A stretch of 63,038 nucleotides of DNA from Chara braunii (lineage: Eukaryota; Plantae; Charophyceae), in NCBI GenBank assembly GCA_003427395.1, contig BFEA01000034.1, positions 2,065,089 to 2,128,126 of the forward strand, given 5' to 3'. The notes below the pieces were generated by a model. That model was given only the letters and a program-made list of their open reading frames with translations. It ran no database searches and had not been told where the DNA came from. A program made the position numbers and the translations under genes. Below, piece after piece: positions 50,009-62,949 of the stretch; position 1 is the first letter of the stretch, and each line of letters opens with the position of its first letter.

Positions 50009-50487
50009 ACCTAGCCCGTAAGGTAATTAGAAAACTGCACGGCAGCGGCCCGTCACAAACGTCGAAATCAAGTAGACATAGCATCAATTTGTTATTTTAG
50101 TCGAACGAATTGCAGGGTAACTTCGCACGGCGGGAACCCCGTCATCCATCTTAGTTAGCTCATACAAGCAGTGTGACGACCTCTCTGGAGTCCCCATCAC
50201 ACTGCCTTATGTTTCAAAAACAAGCAGACTAGGTTCCTTTTTGGTTCTCCTAGGTTCCTTCCTTACATCACGCAGGATTCTTACTTAGTTCTAAAAAGCA
50301 GGTGTGCTGGGCAGCGAGAGGGAGACTGTACCCAAGACTGTGAGGGGAAAGCAAAAGGGGGGAAGGAAGTGGAAATGGAGGGGAGACTTTTGACAAGTGA
50401 TGCATCGATAAAACGTTTTTCCCCTTTCCATTGATTGCTTGCTCATTGAAAAGTTATTCAAGATATTTGACAAAGTGTTACCAACTA

Positions 50488-50516
50488 TATTATTATTATT
50501 ATTATTATTATTGTTA

Positions 50517-50572
<56 letters not shown>

Positions 50573-50576
50573 GTTA

Positions 50577-50644
<68 letters not shown>
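50488..50644. repeat. (TAT)n microsatellite
   Basis: Read directly. Confidence 0.95.
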
Positions 50645-51144
50645 GGTTGTTGTTTCATTGAAACACTATGAAATAAGCAGGGGTCAGAAAGATAGTCCTC
50701 TTGCTTTCGATGCTTTTAGTCCTGAAGAAAGTCATAAACAGTACATCATACAATCACTTAGGCAGTCCGATAGAAGGGCGTAGCCTGTAAGTCAATAAAG
50801 AAGATGCACGGCACCTTCTCGCTACCAATGTCGAAATCAAACAGACATCTCAGTTTAGTCAGATAATTGGCAGGTAGATTCGCATGGCGAGTACCCCGTC
50901 ATCCGTCTTAGTTAGCTCATGCAAACAGTGTGACAACCCTACGAGACCCTCCATCACACAACTTTGTCCTTCAAGCCCAGGCAGATTGGGTTCCTTCTCG
51001 GTTCTCCTAAGTTCCCTTCCTGAGTCAGGCAGGATTCTTACTTCAGTCACATAGTCCTTTTGTTTTCGATGTTTTTAGTCCTGAAGAAAGTCATAAACAG
51101 TAGATCATACAATCACTTAGGCATTCCGATAGAAGGGCGTAGCC

Positions 51145-51652
51145 TGTAAGGGCATACGGGAAAGGAATAGGTGACGCGTACCTTATGGTTCCCTGCCTCC
51201 AAAGTTCCTCCTAAACTCCGGTAGAGCTCCCGCAATCGCCCTGTTTTCTGCCTGTTTGGTCATTCTTCTTTATAGAGTAGACTTTCAATTCAGAGAGATC
51301 ACACCATTCCAGAAAGTTGTGAAGAATAAGGAAGTGAGGGGGATAGATTACGGGAGCATGGGGAAGGATGGAGGCGGTAGGCACCGTCACATGGTGACGA
51401 CGTCTCTCTCCTCTCCAGGCGCATGCTTGCTGCCCTGGCGCACGGTTGTGGTAATAATGTTGCGCTCCTAGTGTTTGTGGTCCCCTCTTACCAACCCGGT
51501 CTCACGCCGCTTGTGCTCAGGCTACACTTCAATTAACCGGAGTGCAACATTGTCTGAGAAGTGCATAGGAAAACGTTGGGATAACAACCTTTCTTCGGGT
51601 ATTCAGGTCTGCCTTCACTTCGGGCGGACATGAGGCTTGCAGCGGTATCCGA

Positions 51653-51683
<31 letters not shown>

Positions 51684-52380
51684 TAAATAATATAATAAAT
51701 AATCTTCAAATTGCAAAATCACTTTGAAAGTTAGATAGTCCGATGCAGCCCGAACGACCGAAGTGCACTGGTAACTTACCAACAGAAAGTACTAAGTCCG
51801 AATGTTTGCAAAAGCATGCTTTAGTTGTCGCCTATGTGAGTATCCCAAGTCCTTTTTACTACTTGGTGCACTGCGCTTAGACTGTTATCACGCCGTTATT
51901 ACCAAACAGTGAACTGAGCATACCTCTTCCGATGTCAGCAGCAAAACCAAAGTTCATGCATATTCCAGCCATGCTGACCATGTACCTTGCATCCCCATCT
52001 CCCTCTTCTACGTTTTCCTTTTCTTTCCCTCTCACTTTGCTAGTCTGTCTGTTTTCGTCGCTGCCAGTTATGTCCGCCTGTGTGTGTATCTGTTTGGTTA
52101 CCTGTGTCAGGCCGTCCGCCGGCTTGTCTGTGACCGATTGTCTGTTTTTGTTTTGCCTGCTTGCATCTGTCTGTGTTTTTCTTGTCTTTTGGTTATTTAT
52201 ATATTGTTGTCTGTCTGCTTTTGTCTGCCTATCTGGCTGATTGTGTTTGATGGCTCTTCTGTCCTACTGTGTCTGTTGGAGCATCTGCTCATTGGTTTTG
52301 CATCTCACCTTGTGTAATTGTTTGTGTCTGTCTTTTGTTTATTATGCATAGTTACCTCTGTTTGTATATAAGGGCTTACA
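51145..52380. mobile_element. Putative ~1.2 kb LTR of another family, or the 3' LTR of element C
   Basis: TGTAAG...CTTACA inverted termini, adjacent to the point where element C pol is truncated. No target duplication or second copy in the window. Confidence 0.4.
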
Positions 52381-52394
52381 CCCTAGACCAGACC

Positions 52395-52764
52395 ATTTTT
52401 CATTCCAGCATTCATGCTCTACCGTGTGGATCCTAACCGGAGGAACTAGCTTTGCGTCCAACCGCCCTTTCTGGTGATCATTGAAAACGAAAGCTAAATG
52501 GAACTCCTGACACGCCTTCCTTATCAACTGAGTTTCCTCTGCTGTTAGAAACCCTTCCACTCCTATTTTCATGATATCTGCTACCTCATCTGGTATGCGA
52601 TGCCCTTCCGTTGCCCGCCTCTCCCTTATAATCCGTAGGATCTCTTCTTCTTTTTCCATGGCCTCTTCCCTTGATGTTTCTACTAGGATCGAGACTGGCT
52701 TGGCCTTCTTCCCTACGGGTTTGTATTTTTGCATACTCCCTTCTGGGATCGTTCTCCTAAAAAA
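52395..52764 (-). pseudogene. pol: N-terminal stub of element C pol (pre-RT region), truncated
   Basis: YKPVGKKAKPV..GRLDAKLVPPVRIHTVEHECWN is homologous to element B HKTVAQKVKTV..GRIDPRYAKPGRIYTIPHTPWN. Confidence 0.85.
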
Positions 52765-55700
52765 TGAACGGTCGGGATTGGCCTTGCCACCTCCCATTGA
52801 GGCAGTAGCCTTTCTAGATTTCTTCTTCAAATCTTGCAAGTGTTATCGGATCTACCCCAACTTTATGGTATCTAATAGCTTTGATGAGTTGCAGCAAGTC
52901 AGGGATTTCGAGTACTACTTCTGTCGTTTCCTTCCGTCTCTCCTTTGGCTTGGGGAGGCTGGCCCCAAGTTCAATCTCCGACTCCTTTTCTGCGAGCATG
53001 ACTCCTAGGACCTCGCCCTTCTGTCTCCTTTTCTTTAGAGGCAAACCCATTTTGATCCATTCTTTTTTGCTAAACGTCTCATCAATCATAATTTCTACCC
53101 TTTCCCTCATGCCTTCCATTCGTGCGAATGCGCCTTTCCGTGCACTTTCTTCAAACGTCGGCGACCAGGTTGCCAGCTTACCCTTGGGGGGATCCCCTCC
53201 AGTTCCGAGGAGTCGGAGGATTTGTCCGCGACCAGTTACAGGATCCTCTATGTCTACCATATACGTGCCATCATGCAGGTGCATGCCAATCATTTCTACA
53301 TTGGCGCACCAAGGTCTTCCAAGGATTATGTCATGGTCCATTTCTTCCATGACGGTCATCCGTTGAAAAGACCAGATGGATTCCCGAATTCCTGCCCTGA
53401 CCTCACATTTGGTGACATACCCAGTGAAGGGAATTTCTCCGTCCGCTCCCCTGATACTCCCTGCTACCTCCTTGTTCACTGTGCACCCCGTGATCGTTGC
53501 GAAATCCCGTCGCATGAGGGTAATTTTTGCGCCGCCATCCACTAATGCATCGGTGTGGTGAGTTCCGACCTGGACTTTAAGTTTTCCTNCAGGCAGTGCG
53601 TGGAAGCTAAGTTTAGTGCCGGGCAGTGCTCTCATTACTTCGCCACCTTCTCGGTCCAGCAGATTCAGACGAATATCGGCAAAGGCTTTTTCCAAGTCTT
53701 CCAGGCCCCCTGGAATGCTTTGGAGGTTAGAGACTACTTGTGGCGCCTCGACCTCCTCGGGTCCTTGTTCCTGTGGTTCCAGAGCCTCCTCTACTTCTAC
53801 ATGTTTACTCGTCAATAGCTGCCTGAGGCCCTTGAGCAGTCTCGGGCTTGCCTGCAGCATGGTCTGGAAGGATACTGACACCATGGCGCCCAGGAGTTTG
53901 CTCAGAGTGTCATCTAATTCGGGCAGTGTCAGAATCGGGATCTGGTACCTGAACTTCTTCTTTGCCGCCGTGGCTTTATCTACCAGTTCCTCTTCCCTCG
54001 TTTTTCCATAAACCTTCTCATGTTCCCCGGCCTCAGCTTCCTCCTGATCTGCTCTAGCCCCCGCGACTTCTTCCATTACTGTGTCTCGGATGAACTTCTT
54101 TTCCGCGCCAGCCCGTTGGGTAGTAATGTTTACCCTATCCTGCCCATTACTTTCCAGGATGAAGTTGACCTGGGGCCCGCGCCCCCTTGGTTGGTCCCAG
54201 ACAAGCTCAACTACCGGCTCTGCTTCTACGACAACTATATCCAAGTTATTCAGGAGGATGACGACACGCCGCATTCCTCCTGGCGAATTCCAGTTTACGC
54301 GCTCTCCCTGAGGTCCAAGAATCTCACCTTTGAGTGACCTACTGCACCTCTGTCTAATGATGTCGTGGTTAAGTCTCGGGCAGGTCCTTATGAAATGCCC
54401 GACCATTGTACAATATTTGCATTGTTCATTGGCCAGGTCCCTTCTGGGGAAACCTCGATTGGCTACAGCTGCCAGTATTACGGCTTTTTGGGGCGGGAGG
54501 GGGGGTCTGGACACCTGTGCCTGCATTACTAATAGCGCATTTTCCATTATGTCCATCTTGCTGTCAACCCCGTGCACCTTTCATGCAGACTCTTTATTCC
54601 CTTTTTGACCTTATCCCCCGTTTTCCCGGTCAGGTCTATAACCTCCCCTTCCTTAAGCAGAGTCAGGGTCTCAGTTACCACTATCTTCTCTGCAAGATCT
54701 GTTACCATACTGAAATCCACATCCCTTGTGTATTCAAACTTGCTGGTGTGCTGGTATGCTGACAGAATCTTATCCTTATCAAACTCGGAGAACTGCCTGA
54801 GGAAGTATTTACTCATTATGCGGTCCGTTACCCCGGGAATTCGCAGCGCCACTAACGTAAACGCCCTTAGGAAATCGTTGTAAGTCGCATAGTTTTTTCT
54901 CTGGACTGCTGCTAATTCGGCCTCTGTTGCCATTTTCTCTGCCTTCAAATATTTCCTCATCATCTCGTTCCTGGTTTCTTTCCAGGATCCACTGGACGCG
55001 ACGATGACCATAATGTCCCTTCCCAAGCTTAGTGACACGTGCTGCCCTAGGTGCTCCATCTTTTCCTCTTCCGTCCATTTTAGTAAGGCTGCTAGGTTCT
55101 CATAGTCTATCAGAAACTCCGTAACGTTTGCCCCATCGAACGTGAGTTTCTTCTTTGCATCTGCGAGATATCCCTGGTTCTTGTTTAGTGCCCGGGTGAG
55201 GGTGGTGACTATCCTCTTGAGACCACCTTCGGAGCTACCCACTTCTCTTGCTGCACTGGTCCCTTCCCCTTCCTTGCTTTCCCTCTACTTCTCCCTGGTT
55301 TCCGGCGTTCCTTCTGGGTCAAACCATCCTAGCACCCTTTCCCTAAGGCTCCAGAGTCCGTTGCACGCCCCTGTTACTTTCGGCGTGGCTGGCAGTCAGC
55401 TAGTGCCGTTGTCAATGGCAGGCAGGGTCATAGCGTTTTCCGTCCCCTCCGCCGGGGGGTCGTTCTTGTCCTTCCCCTTCTTGCTAGGCGTTCCTTTGTG
55501 GCTATTATCCTTTCCCTCATACCTGGCCTCGTCCTGACCGGTCCTGCGTCCCTTACGTGACCCTGCGCCCTGGGGGTCCTCCTCATCCTCGACCATCATC
55601 TGCTCGATAAGCCTTGCCTTAAATTCTGCAGTCCGCTTTTCTATCTCTGCCAATTTACGACTGGCATCCGAGACTTTTGTCTTTTTAGGGGTGACTCCTG

Positions 55701-55957
55701 CTGAGTTCCGAGGGCTTGTTCTCATATCGTTTCCCCCTACCCTGTTTTCCTGAGGTCCCCTTTTGCTACCCCCAACTTTCCCCGAGCTTTCTCTAGTTGA
55801 GAGGTCCTTTCCGTCTTCTCGGGTTCCTTCCAGTTTGGCTGACTCTCGATCCCCCGTTGATCCCTCGTTTCGTTCCCCATCCCCATTCGTGCCCTNATTC
55901 CCTCCGCTCTGCTGGTCATCGATCCCTTCCTCAGTCGTCATTTCTTTACCTAGCCTG
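52757..55957 (-). pseudogene. gag: Gag-protease of element C
   Basis: FDGANVTEFLIDYE, zinc knuckle CKYCTMVGHFIRTC, protease motifs ALVDGGA and IILGRPW. Contains stops and a frameshift. Confidence 0.88.
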
Positions 55958-56405
55958 CACATGGAAAAAAAAAATTTGCGAAAAAATGGCCGGTTGTTCA
56001 TAACTGCCCTAGTCCCGGCCCTAAAACCCGCCTATTCCCATGTTTTTTTTGTGTCTTACATTAATCGGTCCGACTCTCCTGGCTTTTCTTTCCCAGGGCG
56101 TCCTTCAGGTTTTCTCCCGCCGGGGGACTTGCCGCCGCTGCTTGGCATTTTATTACTGCCACGCTTTGGCTCTTAGGGCGGTGTTTGAGCCCAATGGCCT
56201 CCTTATCGAGGATGACCCTTTTGGCTTTTCGACCTTCAAATGCCCCAGAGTTTTCTAGTGCGGGTGGTCTTCCTAGTTCCTCCTTGCCGTGCTATCGGGT
56301 TGGACGGAACTCCAACCACTGCCCCCCCCCTTTTTTTTTGGTGATAGTTGCCTTCTTATCTTAGTACCCGTCCCTTATTTCCCTATCTTTTCCCGACGCG
56401 TTTTC

Positions 56406-57191
56406 TCATGCTGGTCCCTCAGGCCTGCCTTGCTCGTCCGGTTCTTCGAACAGGTCAGCCACCCCCGCAAGGTAGTTTTCTCCCATCTCTATTTCCCTGA
56501 CGATTATCGGCTCAAATTCCTCAAATGCTAAGCGAGGCAAAACGAATATCAGGATTTCAATGAGGTCAAGCAACTCTCAGGCCTGATTTCCCTAGAACGA
56601 CCCATGCTTGACCGACACGTCGTAAAACATTCCCGTCGTTTGTGGACGGAAGTGGTGGATCCAAACCAGGGTCGAATCCACCAGGTCCCTAGCTCTCTTG
56701 AGGCTACCGAATACCAAGTCCACCATGAAACGAGGTACTCGACACCTCAGCCCGGTCATTGGGGCCTTAAATTCTCGCCAGCCTCCGACCTCCACCCGAG
56801 TTCTTAATCCCACGTTTCTTCTCCCCCGCACTTCCTGGCCCACCCTGTTCAACATCCTAGTAGCCCTCTGGAAGATTGGTAGCAACCCGTGACCTAGTGC
56901 CAATTCCGTTCCTAGCATGTACCATCCAAATTCCGGCAGGTATACGGTCCCCGTCACCCTAAGATCGGTGTACAGATCGTCTCCCGGTCCCCTGTTAATC
57001 CTCATACCATCCCACAAACATTCCACCAGCATGAACGCCTGACCTCTTCCCAGGGTCACGACCCTCCATTCGATGTCCCGTCCTTGGATCATGTAGCTTG
57101 TTGGGAGCGATACCTCCCATCCGCCTCCACTTTCCGTGGGTGGCCGCGGGTGTGTGGACCGTCGCAACATCCGGGCGTGTCTCATCGCCAT
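56406..57191 (-). pseudogene. Accessory ORF family 1, element C copy 4
   Basis: RPPTESGGGWEVSLP..GTVYL..W..RVEVGGWREFKAP..VPRF. Its tail YLAGVADL matches YLEGVGRL of element B copy b. Confidence 0.75.
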
Positions 57192-57310
57192 TTTTTACTT
57201 ACTAGTCCCCTGCACAGTTTAAACAGCAAGCGGTTTTACTTATTTCATTTAATCTTCAACTCCCTCCCCGGTTTCTAGCTTGAACCTTCCTTTTCTTTCC
57301 TTGACCTCTT

Positions 57311-58084
57311 TTATTGGTCTGTCCCTACGTCCATCGGCTCATACAATCGGTACAGATCATCCACGTACACCATCCCTTGACTTATTTTCCGTCGGACGGC
57401 ACCCCACAGGACCTCACTACCCACGACCGGAGCCCTCGGCCTGGTGCTAAACACAGCACGCAAGATGCGCAACACCTCATACTTCTGCTCTCCACTGAAC
57501 GGGCCCATTTCTAGGAAGGCCCGATAGTATTCTCGATGTACCGTCGCATCTTCATATGTCAGGCTTGCGAGGTCGGCTACCGCTTATCTAACAAGTCCCA
57601 GACCGCCCAGCCTTTCCAGCAGGAAGGGCGGCAACCTCATTCGTACATTTTCACTAGGCAATTAAAAACTCCCAACTATGGCTACCCTAAGGTCCGCTGT
57701 TACATCGTCAACCCCCGGATCTGCGAACTCAAATCTCGCTCGCCATACTAACTGCCACGCCCCTTCAAACATGCTCAACGAGTCTTCTTCAGATGCCAGC
57801 CGGACTCTGAACTCCCTCCACCCATTTTCCGACACATACAGTCGTCCTTCTGCACGCACATGCCCCCGCGGGTCCGGGTTCCACTCCCCATTCTCGTCCG
57901 CACGCCATTCAACTTTCGTCACCAAGTAAACCATGTTTTCCGCAAGTTCGACTCCAACCCAATCCGCCACTTGGAGCTAGCCTCCACTCACCGCCGGCAA
58001 GCTAACCTCTATCCCACCCGGTACTTCCCTAGGCGGTTCAATGGCCAAGGGGCGTTCCTAAAGGAAGGTCATTCTTCGCGCCAT
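57311..58084 (-). pseudogene. Accessory ORF family 1, element C copy 3
   Basis: MARRMTFL*ERPLAIEPPREVPGGIEVSLP (compare IEPPKLVAGGLVEFTLP in B), GRLYV..GW, GPF..EVLRIL, YVDD. Confidence 0.75.
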
Positions 58085-58206
58085 CGCGCACTCGCCTTTG
58101 ATCTCCTGGCTCGCGATCCGCACTGAACCCTACAATGGCCAGACATCCCATTCCCTTATCTTAGCAATTTTTTCCATATTTGCATGGCCCCACGGCTTTC
58201 CTGCGC

Positions 58207-58940
58207 TTAGTCGAACCACAGTACCTCGAACAGTTTGAACACATCGTCCACATAACAGGGTGTCGCTGCCACCTCACGGCGGATTATGGCCTCCCTAGTT
58301 TTCGGGGCCACCTCCTGTCGGTCATTCCTTTCAATATCCAAAATGATAAGAACCTCCCGGGCTCTATCGCCGTGGAAGGGCCCGAATTCCAAGGACGTCT
58401 TATAGAATTCCTCTGCCAGCCATGCGCAGTTCACGTGTATTCGTTCCATCGTGTCGGCTACCTCTGTTACGTGATCAAAACGCCCAAACCAGCCTGCTAC
58501 GAACTCAGGTACCCAGATCTTGGTCCGGGTGCCAGGCGGTTTAAATTCCTTCCATCCTCCCATCCCGACTCTACTGCTGACCGTATCCCAACCTTTGTTA
58601 GCAAACCTTTCCCCCGCCTGGCGAGCCCTTGCCTCAGCGTCCCCTAAAAGCCACATCGGATTCTGTCCTGCCGTGAGCATTGTGCAGAACAGGTGCCAAC
58701 CTTGATCGTCCAGACTGATTCCACCCTTCCTTTCGCAATCTCTTCCCATTCTTCCTCTTCCCTCAACGGGTTCCAGACACGCTCTGTCCATAGGTACGAT
58801 AGCTCCGGCACAATCTCATACCCCCGACAATCACATGTGGTCCCCTTCCATTCATTGCTTGGCGGTATTGACATCTCTACTCCCCTTCCGATTCGTCCTG
58901 GTTCCCATGTGCAGTCCCATAGCTCGAGTTCCCGGACCAT
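58207..58940 (-). pseudogene. Accessory ORF family 1, element C copy 2 (one frameshift)
   Basis: GRGVEMSIP..YLW..GGISL..GW..RVGMGGWKEFKPPGT..VPEF..FGPF..EVLIIL..YVDD. Confidence 0.75.
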
Positions 58941-58956
58941 TGCTCCCTACCTGCAC

Positions 58957-59805
58957 ATAGTTGACAACCCGTTTTCCCCGGGTAAGCCCCCCCTTCAGAA
59001 GTCTCAGTCCTCTATCTCGTCCCCGCCCTCCTCCTCACTGGAATCCTTCTCCTCGTCGAAGAACATCTCTTTCACCCCTTCCAAGAAGGTTTCCCCCGCC
59101 GCCACGTTTCGGTAAACTATCTGCCAATGCACCGGACTAGGAACAAAGACTTCGTCCGCGCTGAGGAGGTTTAACACCTCAACGAATTCTTCCGCTCAGT
59201 TTCCTTCAAACGGCCCTGCTTCCACCGACAATCTAAAGAAGTCTTGTCTAGCACATTGGTACAGCCTCAGGTGTGTCATCGATTGGCATATACGTTCCAG
59301 TCTATCCCTGGTCCCAAAGACTGCATCCACTAGAAACGGGGGTACACACACCTCATTGTCCTAAGAGGACGTCTCATATTTTTCCGGTCCCTGAGTTCCA
59401 CTCGCACCTCCATCCTTTCCATCTCCATTTCTGCCCGCTGACATGCTGCCCATACCACCTCCCGTTCCGCTTGCCTAAACAGCTGATCCGGTGCCGTGCC
59501 CAATATTAGTCCCACTACCATTGCATTTTCCAATTCCTGTGATAGGTAGACCCATCCTCGAGCTTCCACTGTTCCCCGAAATTCTAGGTCCATCAAGCTA
59601 GGTGAAAGTCTCGTCAGGCTGACCTTAGTCCAGATTGTCTCTATCCAGAGGAACGCGTCCTTCTCATCCAGTATCATGGTTTCATAGACCGGTTCTAGGT
59701 CAGTCCAAACCCTTCTTCTGGGAGAACAACAGATACCCCATCCCTTACCTCTATAGGCATTTCCGGACCGCTAGAGTAGACAGGAGGCAACAACCATCGC
59801 GCCAT
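58957..59805 (-). pseudogene. Accessory ORF family 1, element C copy 1 (frameshifts)
   Basis: DGVSVVLP..AFLWIE..GWVYL..VRVEL..P..YPRF, with an acidic tail like copy a of element B. The 3' end is approximate. Confidence 0.65.
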
Positions 59806-62800
59806 CTTGTTTCCCGGCGCTTGTCCTGTTTCCACATGAGAGCACCACACGGCCCCTCATGGTCAGATGATTTTCTTTTCTTTTCTAGATGAGAGCTGTT
59901 TTCGGACCCCTCATCCGGGTCTCCCTAACTTTTCTTATCCATTTCCCATGTGCCATTGCCCTACCATACCCCCAATCGATCACCAGTGGCTCGCATTCTT
60001 TTTTCTTGGTTTCACTCCCTTCCAACTCCTATCCAGCCTCTTCCTCATGTTCTCTCACTCGTGCAGACTTAGGCAGGGGTTGAGAATAGACTACAAACTT
60101 AGTTCCCCTTCCAACACTCATCAGGCAGCTTCACAAAGAGAGGTACAAAAAGAAAAACCAAAAAGTCATCGCACACAGGCCGGTCATCTCCTCACCGGCC
60201 TTTTCCCAAAGTGGTCTCTTCGCTGTTACCATCGGCAGGGTCTTACCCCATACCTCAAGCACAACTCAACCGTCGCAAGCGCGGTATCCAGACTCCAGTG
60301 GGGGGTCACCCTCACCTTCTTGCCCAGAATACCCCATCCCGACTTGTCGCTCGTGTGCCCACCTTTAATCTCGGGAATCACCCCGCACATCTCGGTAGAC
60401 CATTGGAGCCAGCCGTCTAGGCATTCACTTCCATCGGTCCGATAAGGAACAGCCTTTCCCAAACCAGGCTACGAGAAGCTACTGATCGCCTCCCAGGCTC
60501 CGTCTTTGCCCCCATGCAGTGGTGCTCCCTCCGCCAGTCTACAGGCTAGGCCCCGCCTGAGGAACGTTTCACACCCCGCCCGGCAGATCAATCGAGCCGA
60601 AGCCCGTCACCGCGCGGACGAGAATGCTAATAAGCACTCGATGTGACAAACTCCCGTTAGACAGCTTGGTGGCCTGAGCCCCGCATACGAACAAACAACA
60701 GTCTGAAAAGAGAACGATATTTGGCAACCCGCAGTGGCCGGTGCAGACCCCCCCTTTCCTTCCAAATGACGGGACGCTCGAAATCCCAATCATGCAATTA
60801 CAAGTCCCAAATGGGACACACATAACACAAGTGCCTTTCCCCTGGTGCACCCAGCGCTTCCTACCCATAGCTCACAATTTTTCTCTCGGGACAGTGCGTG
60901 CCACTCACCCCTAACTTCCATACATAGTGCCCGGTTCCTTCTCGTGAGCATCTTCAAAGGTGAGCTAGTTTTCCTCGGAGTCTAGCAACTCCCTTCATTC
61001 CCTTATCTTCGCTTGTGTGTTCGTTCAAAGGGAAGGATTGTTCCTTCTCGATTACCCTTTGTGTTCATATGAGGTTCCTTCAAGCATTAAGTGTGGTGCA
61101 TGGAGCCCGCTGCGCTCCGGAGAAAAGGAAGGAGAGCACCCGTGTCGGTCGGATCACTCCGCCGCGGGATTTTCATCGGAACCCGGACTAGCCCGGAATC
61201 CCAATCGCCTGCTAGGTAACCGGAGCCCTTCTTTCACACGAAGAGGAAGGGTCGACCTGCGGCTTGCCCAAGGCTTCCCCGGTCTGACGAACATCAGCCC
61301 AAAAGAAGGAGGACTAGAGCCACCTCCAGGGGCGATGGCTGATCAAGCGTGCGAGCATGCATGTTATTCCTCCGGGTCTGGCCTTGCCATGCGCCCAGCC
61401 ACCCTCAAATCTGATTCACTCAAGGGATAGAGCATACATAAATCCATATTCCTTATCTTCATGTTTATGTTCACGGTCATGCGTCGGGCGCCCCCCTCGA
61501 GACCGTATGGGTCAGTTTAACCCAATACCCGGCACCTCCACCATTTTTGTAGGGGCCGTACCCTGAAGGACTTTCGAGCCTAAGTCGACCCCGCTGCGGG
61601 TCCCAGTTGGCTCGACCCGCCCACGCTCATGCTCAGGGCGCGGGTCATTCGTCCCAGGGGCACCCCCACCTAGTGCTTTGAGATGGATGGGGATGGGCCT
61701 TTTGCGAGAGGGCTTTACATTGGGGGATGTAGCTCCGCTCTCGATGGTAGCTGTTTAGGCACTCGTGGCATCTGCTTAATTCTTTCTTTTTTTTTTCGTC
61801 CGACCAGGCAATTGCTCCTTCCAATACACAGGCAGTCCGGGGAGTTCGTTGAGATTTATCTTCATTTCGCGTATAGGCCAAGCGTCATCCATTGGACCAC
61901 ACACCTTTTCACTAAGCCTAGTGACTCAAGACCGCCCTTGCAGCATCCTCGGGGTGGAGTGGCACCGCCCGGGCCCCTAGCCGATATATTTTTTTTGCTC
62001 CAGTCACTAGTATCACATTCACCTATCCAAGACCGCCCTTAGTCCTTCCGGGCGCACACCGCATTCAAGAGAGTCATTGCATTCAATCACTATGCAAGTC
62101 GCATCCGGGCATCTACCATTTATCTAGGCATCCAACCGTCAAACCCATCCCGCATTCATAATTTAGGCGAGGTCTAAGTCCTTCCCTTATCCAATTTTCC
62201 ACCCTCGCCCTCGTTTGCGGATCCGATCCCGATCAGATCGCCCTGCCCACTCACCTGCACAAGACCACACAAGACGAGAGGCCCAAGTACAATCCCCATT
62301 GGGGTCAACACATCGCCCCGTCCCACAAGCCTAAGATTCTTTTGCCCTCGACGTTCCTTAGGTTGTCTTTCCCCTTCCTTCAAGCAAAACCATGCCTTCA
62401 CCTTAGTCAAGCAGTCGGGGAGGATAGTTGAGTCCAACTGACCTTGTTACAAAAACAACACTCCTTTTCGCTTTCTCCAATGTGCACAACAGTCCAGCGC
62501 CTTTCCTTCTTGGTGGCACAAGGGACCGGCTGCCCTCCCCTTGCCCTCGCTTTCCACCAAGTGAGGATCAAGGTTCGTTACCGTTCGTCCCCTCGCAATG
62601 TCACAAGTGAGGGTAGAGGTTAGTTACTTGTCATGGAAGGGAAGGGACGAGGTGAGAGTTAAGGGTCAAGGACCATGGGAGAAAGAGAGCGGAAGGAGAG
62701 AGGAGGTGAGGGGGAGAGAGAGAAAGAGAGAGAGAGAGAAAGTGGGAGAGAGAGAGAGGGAGAAAGAGGAGAAGGAGAGGAAGGGAAGAAGAAGGGAAGC

Positions 62801-62949
62801 GAGAGAGCGGGCACGAGAGGCTCCACATCCTATTCGCCCTTGACCCTTGGCCCACCTTAACCGAGCCCTACCCGGACTCCGTGTGCTCCTTTGCACCTCC
62901 TATGACTCTCGAGTGGACGGGTATAGGTGGTGGAGCTGGAAGTAGGGTT

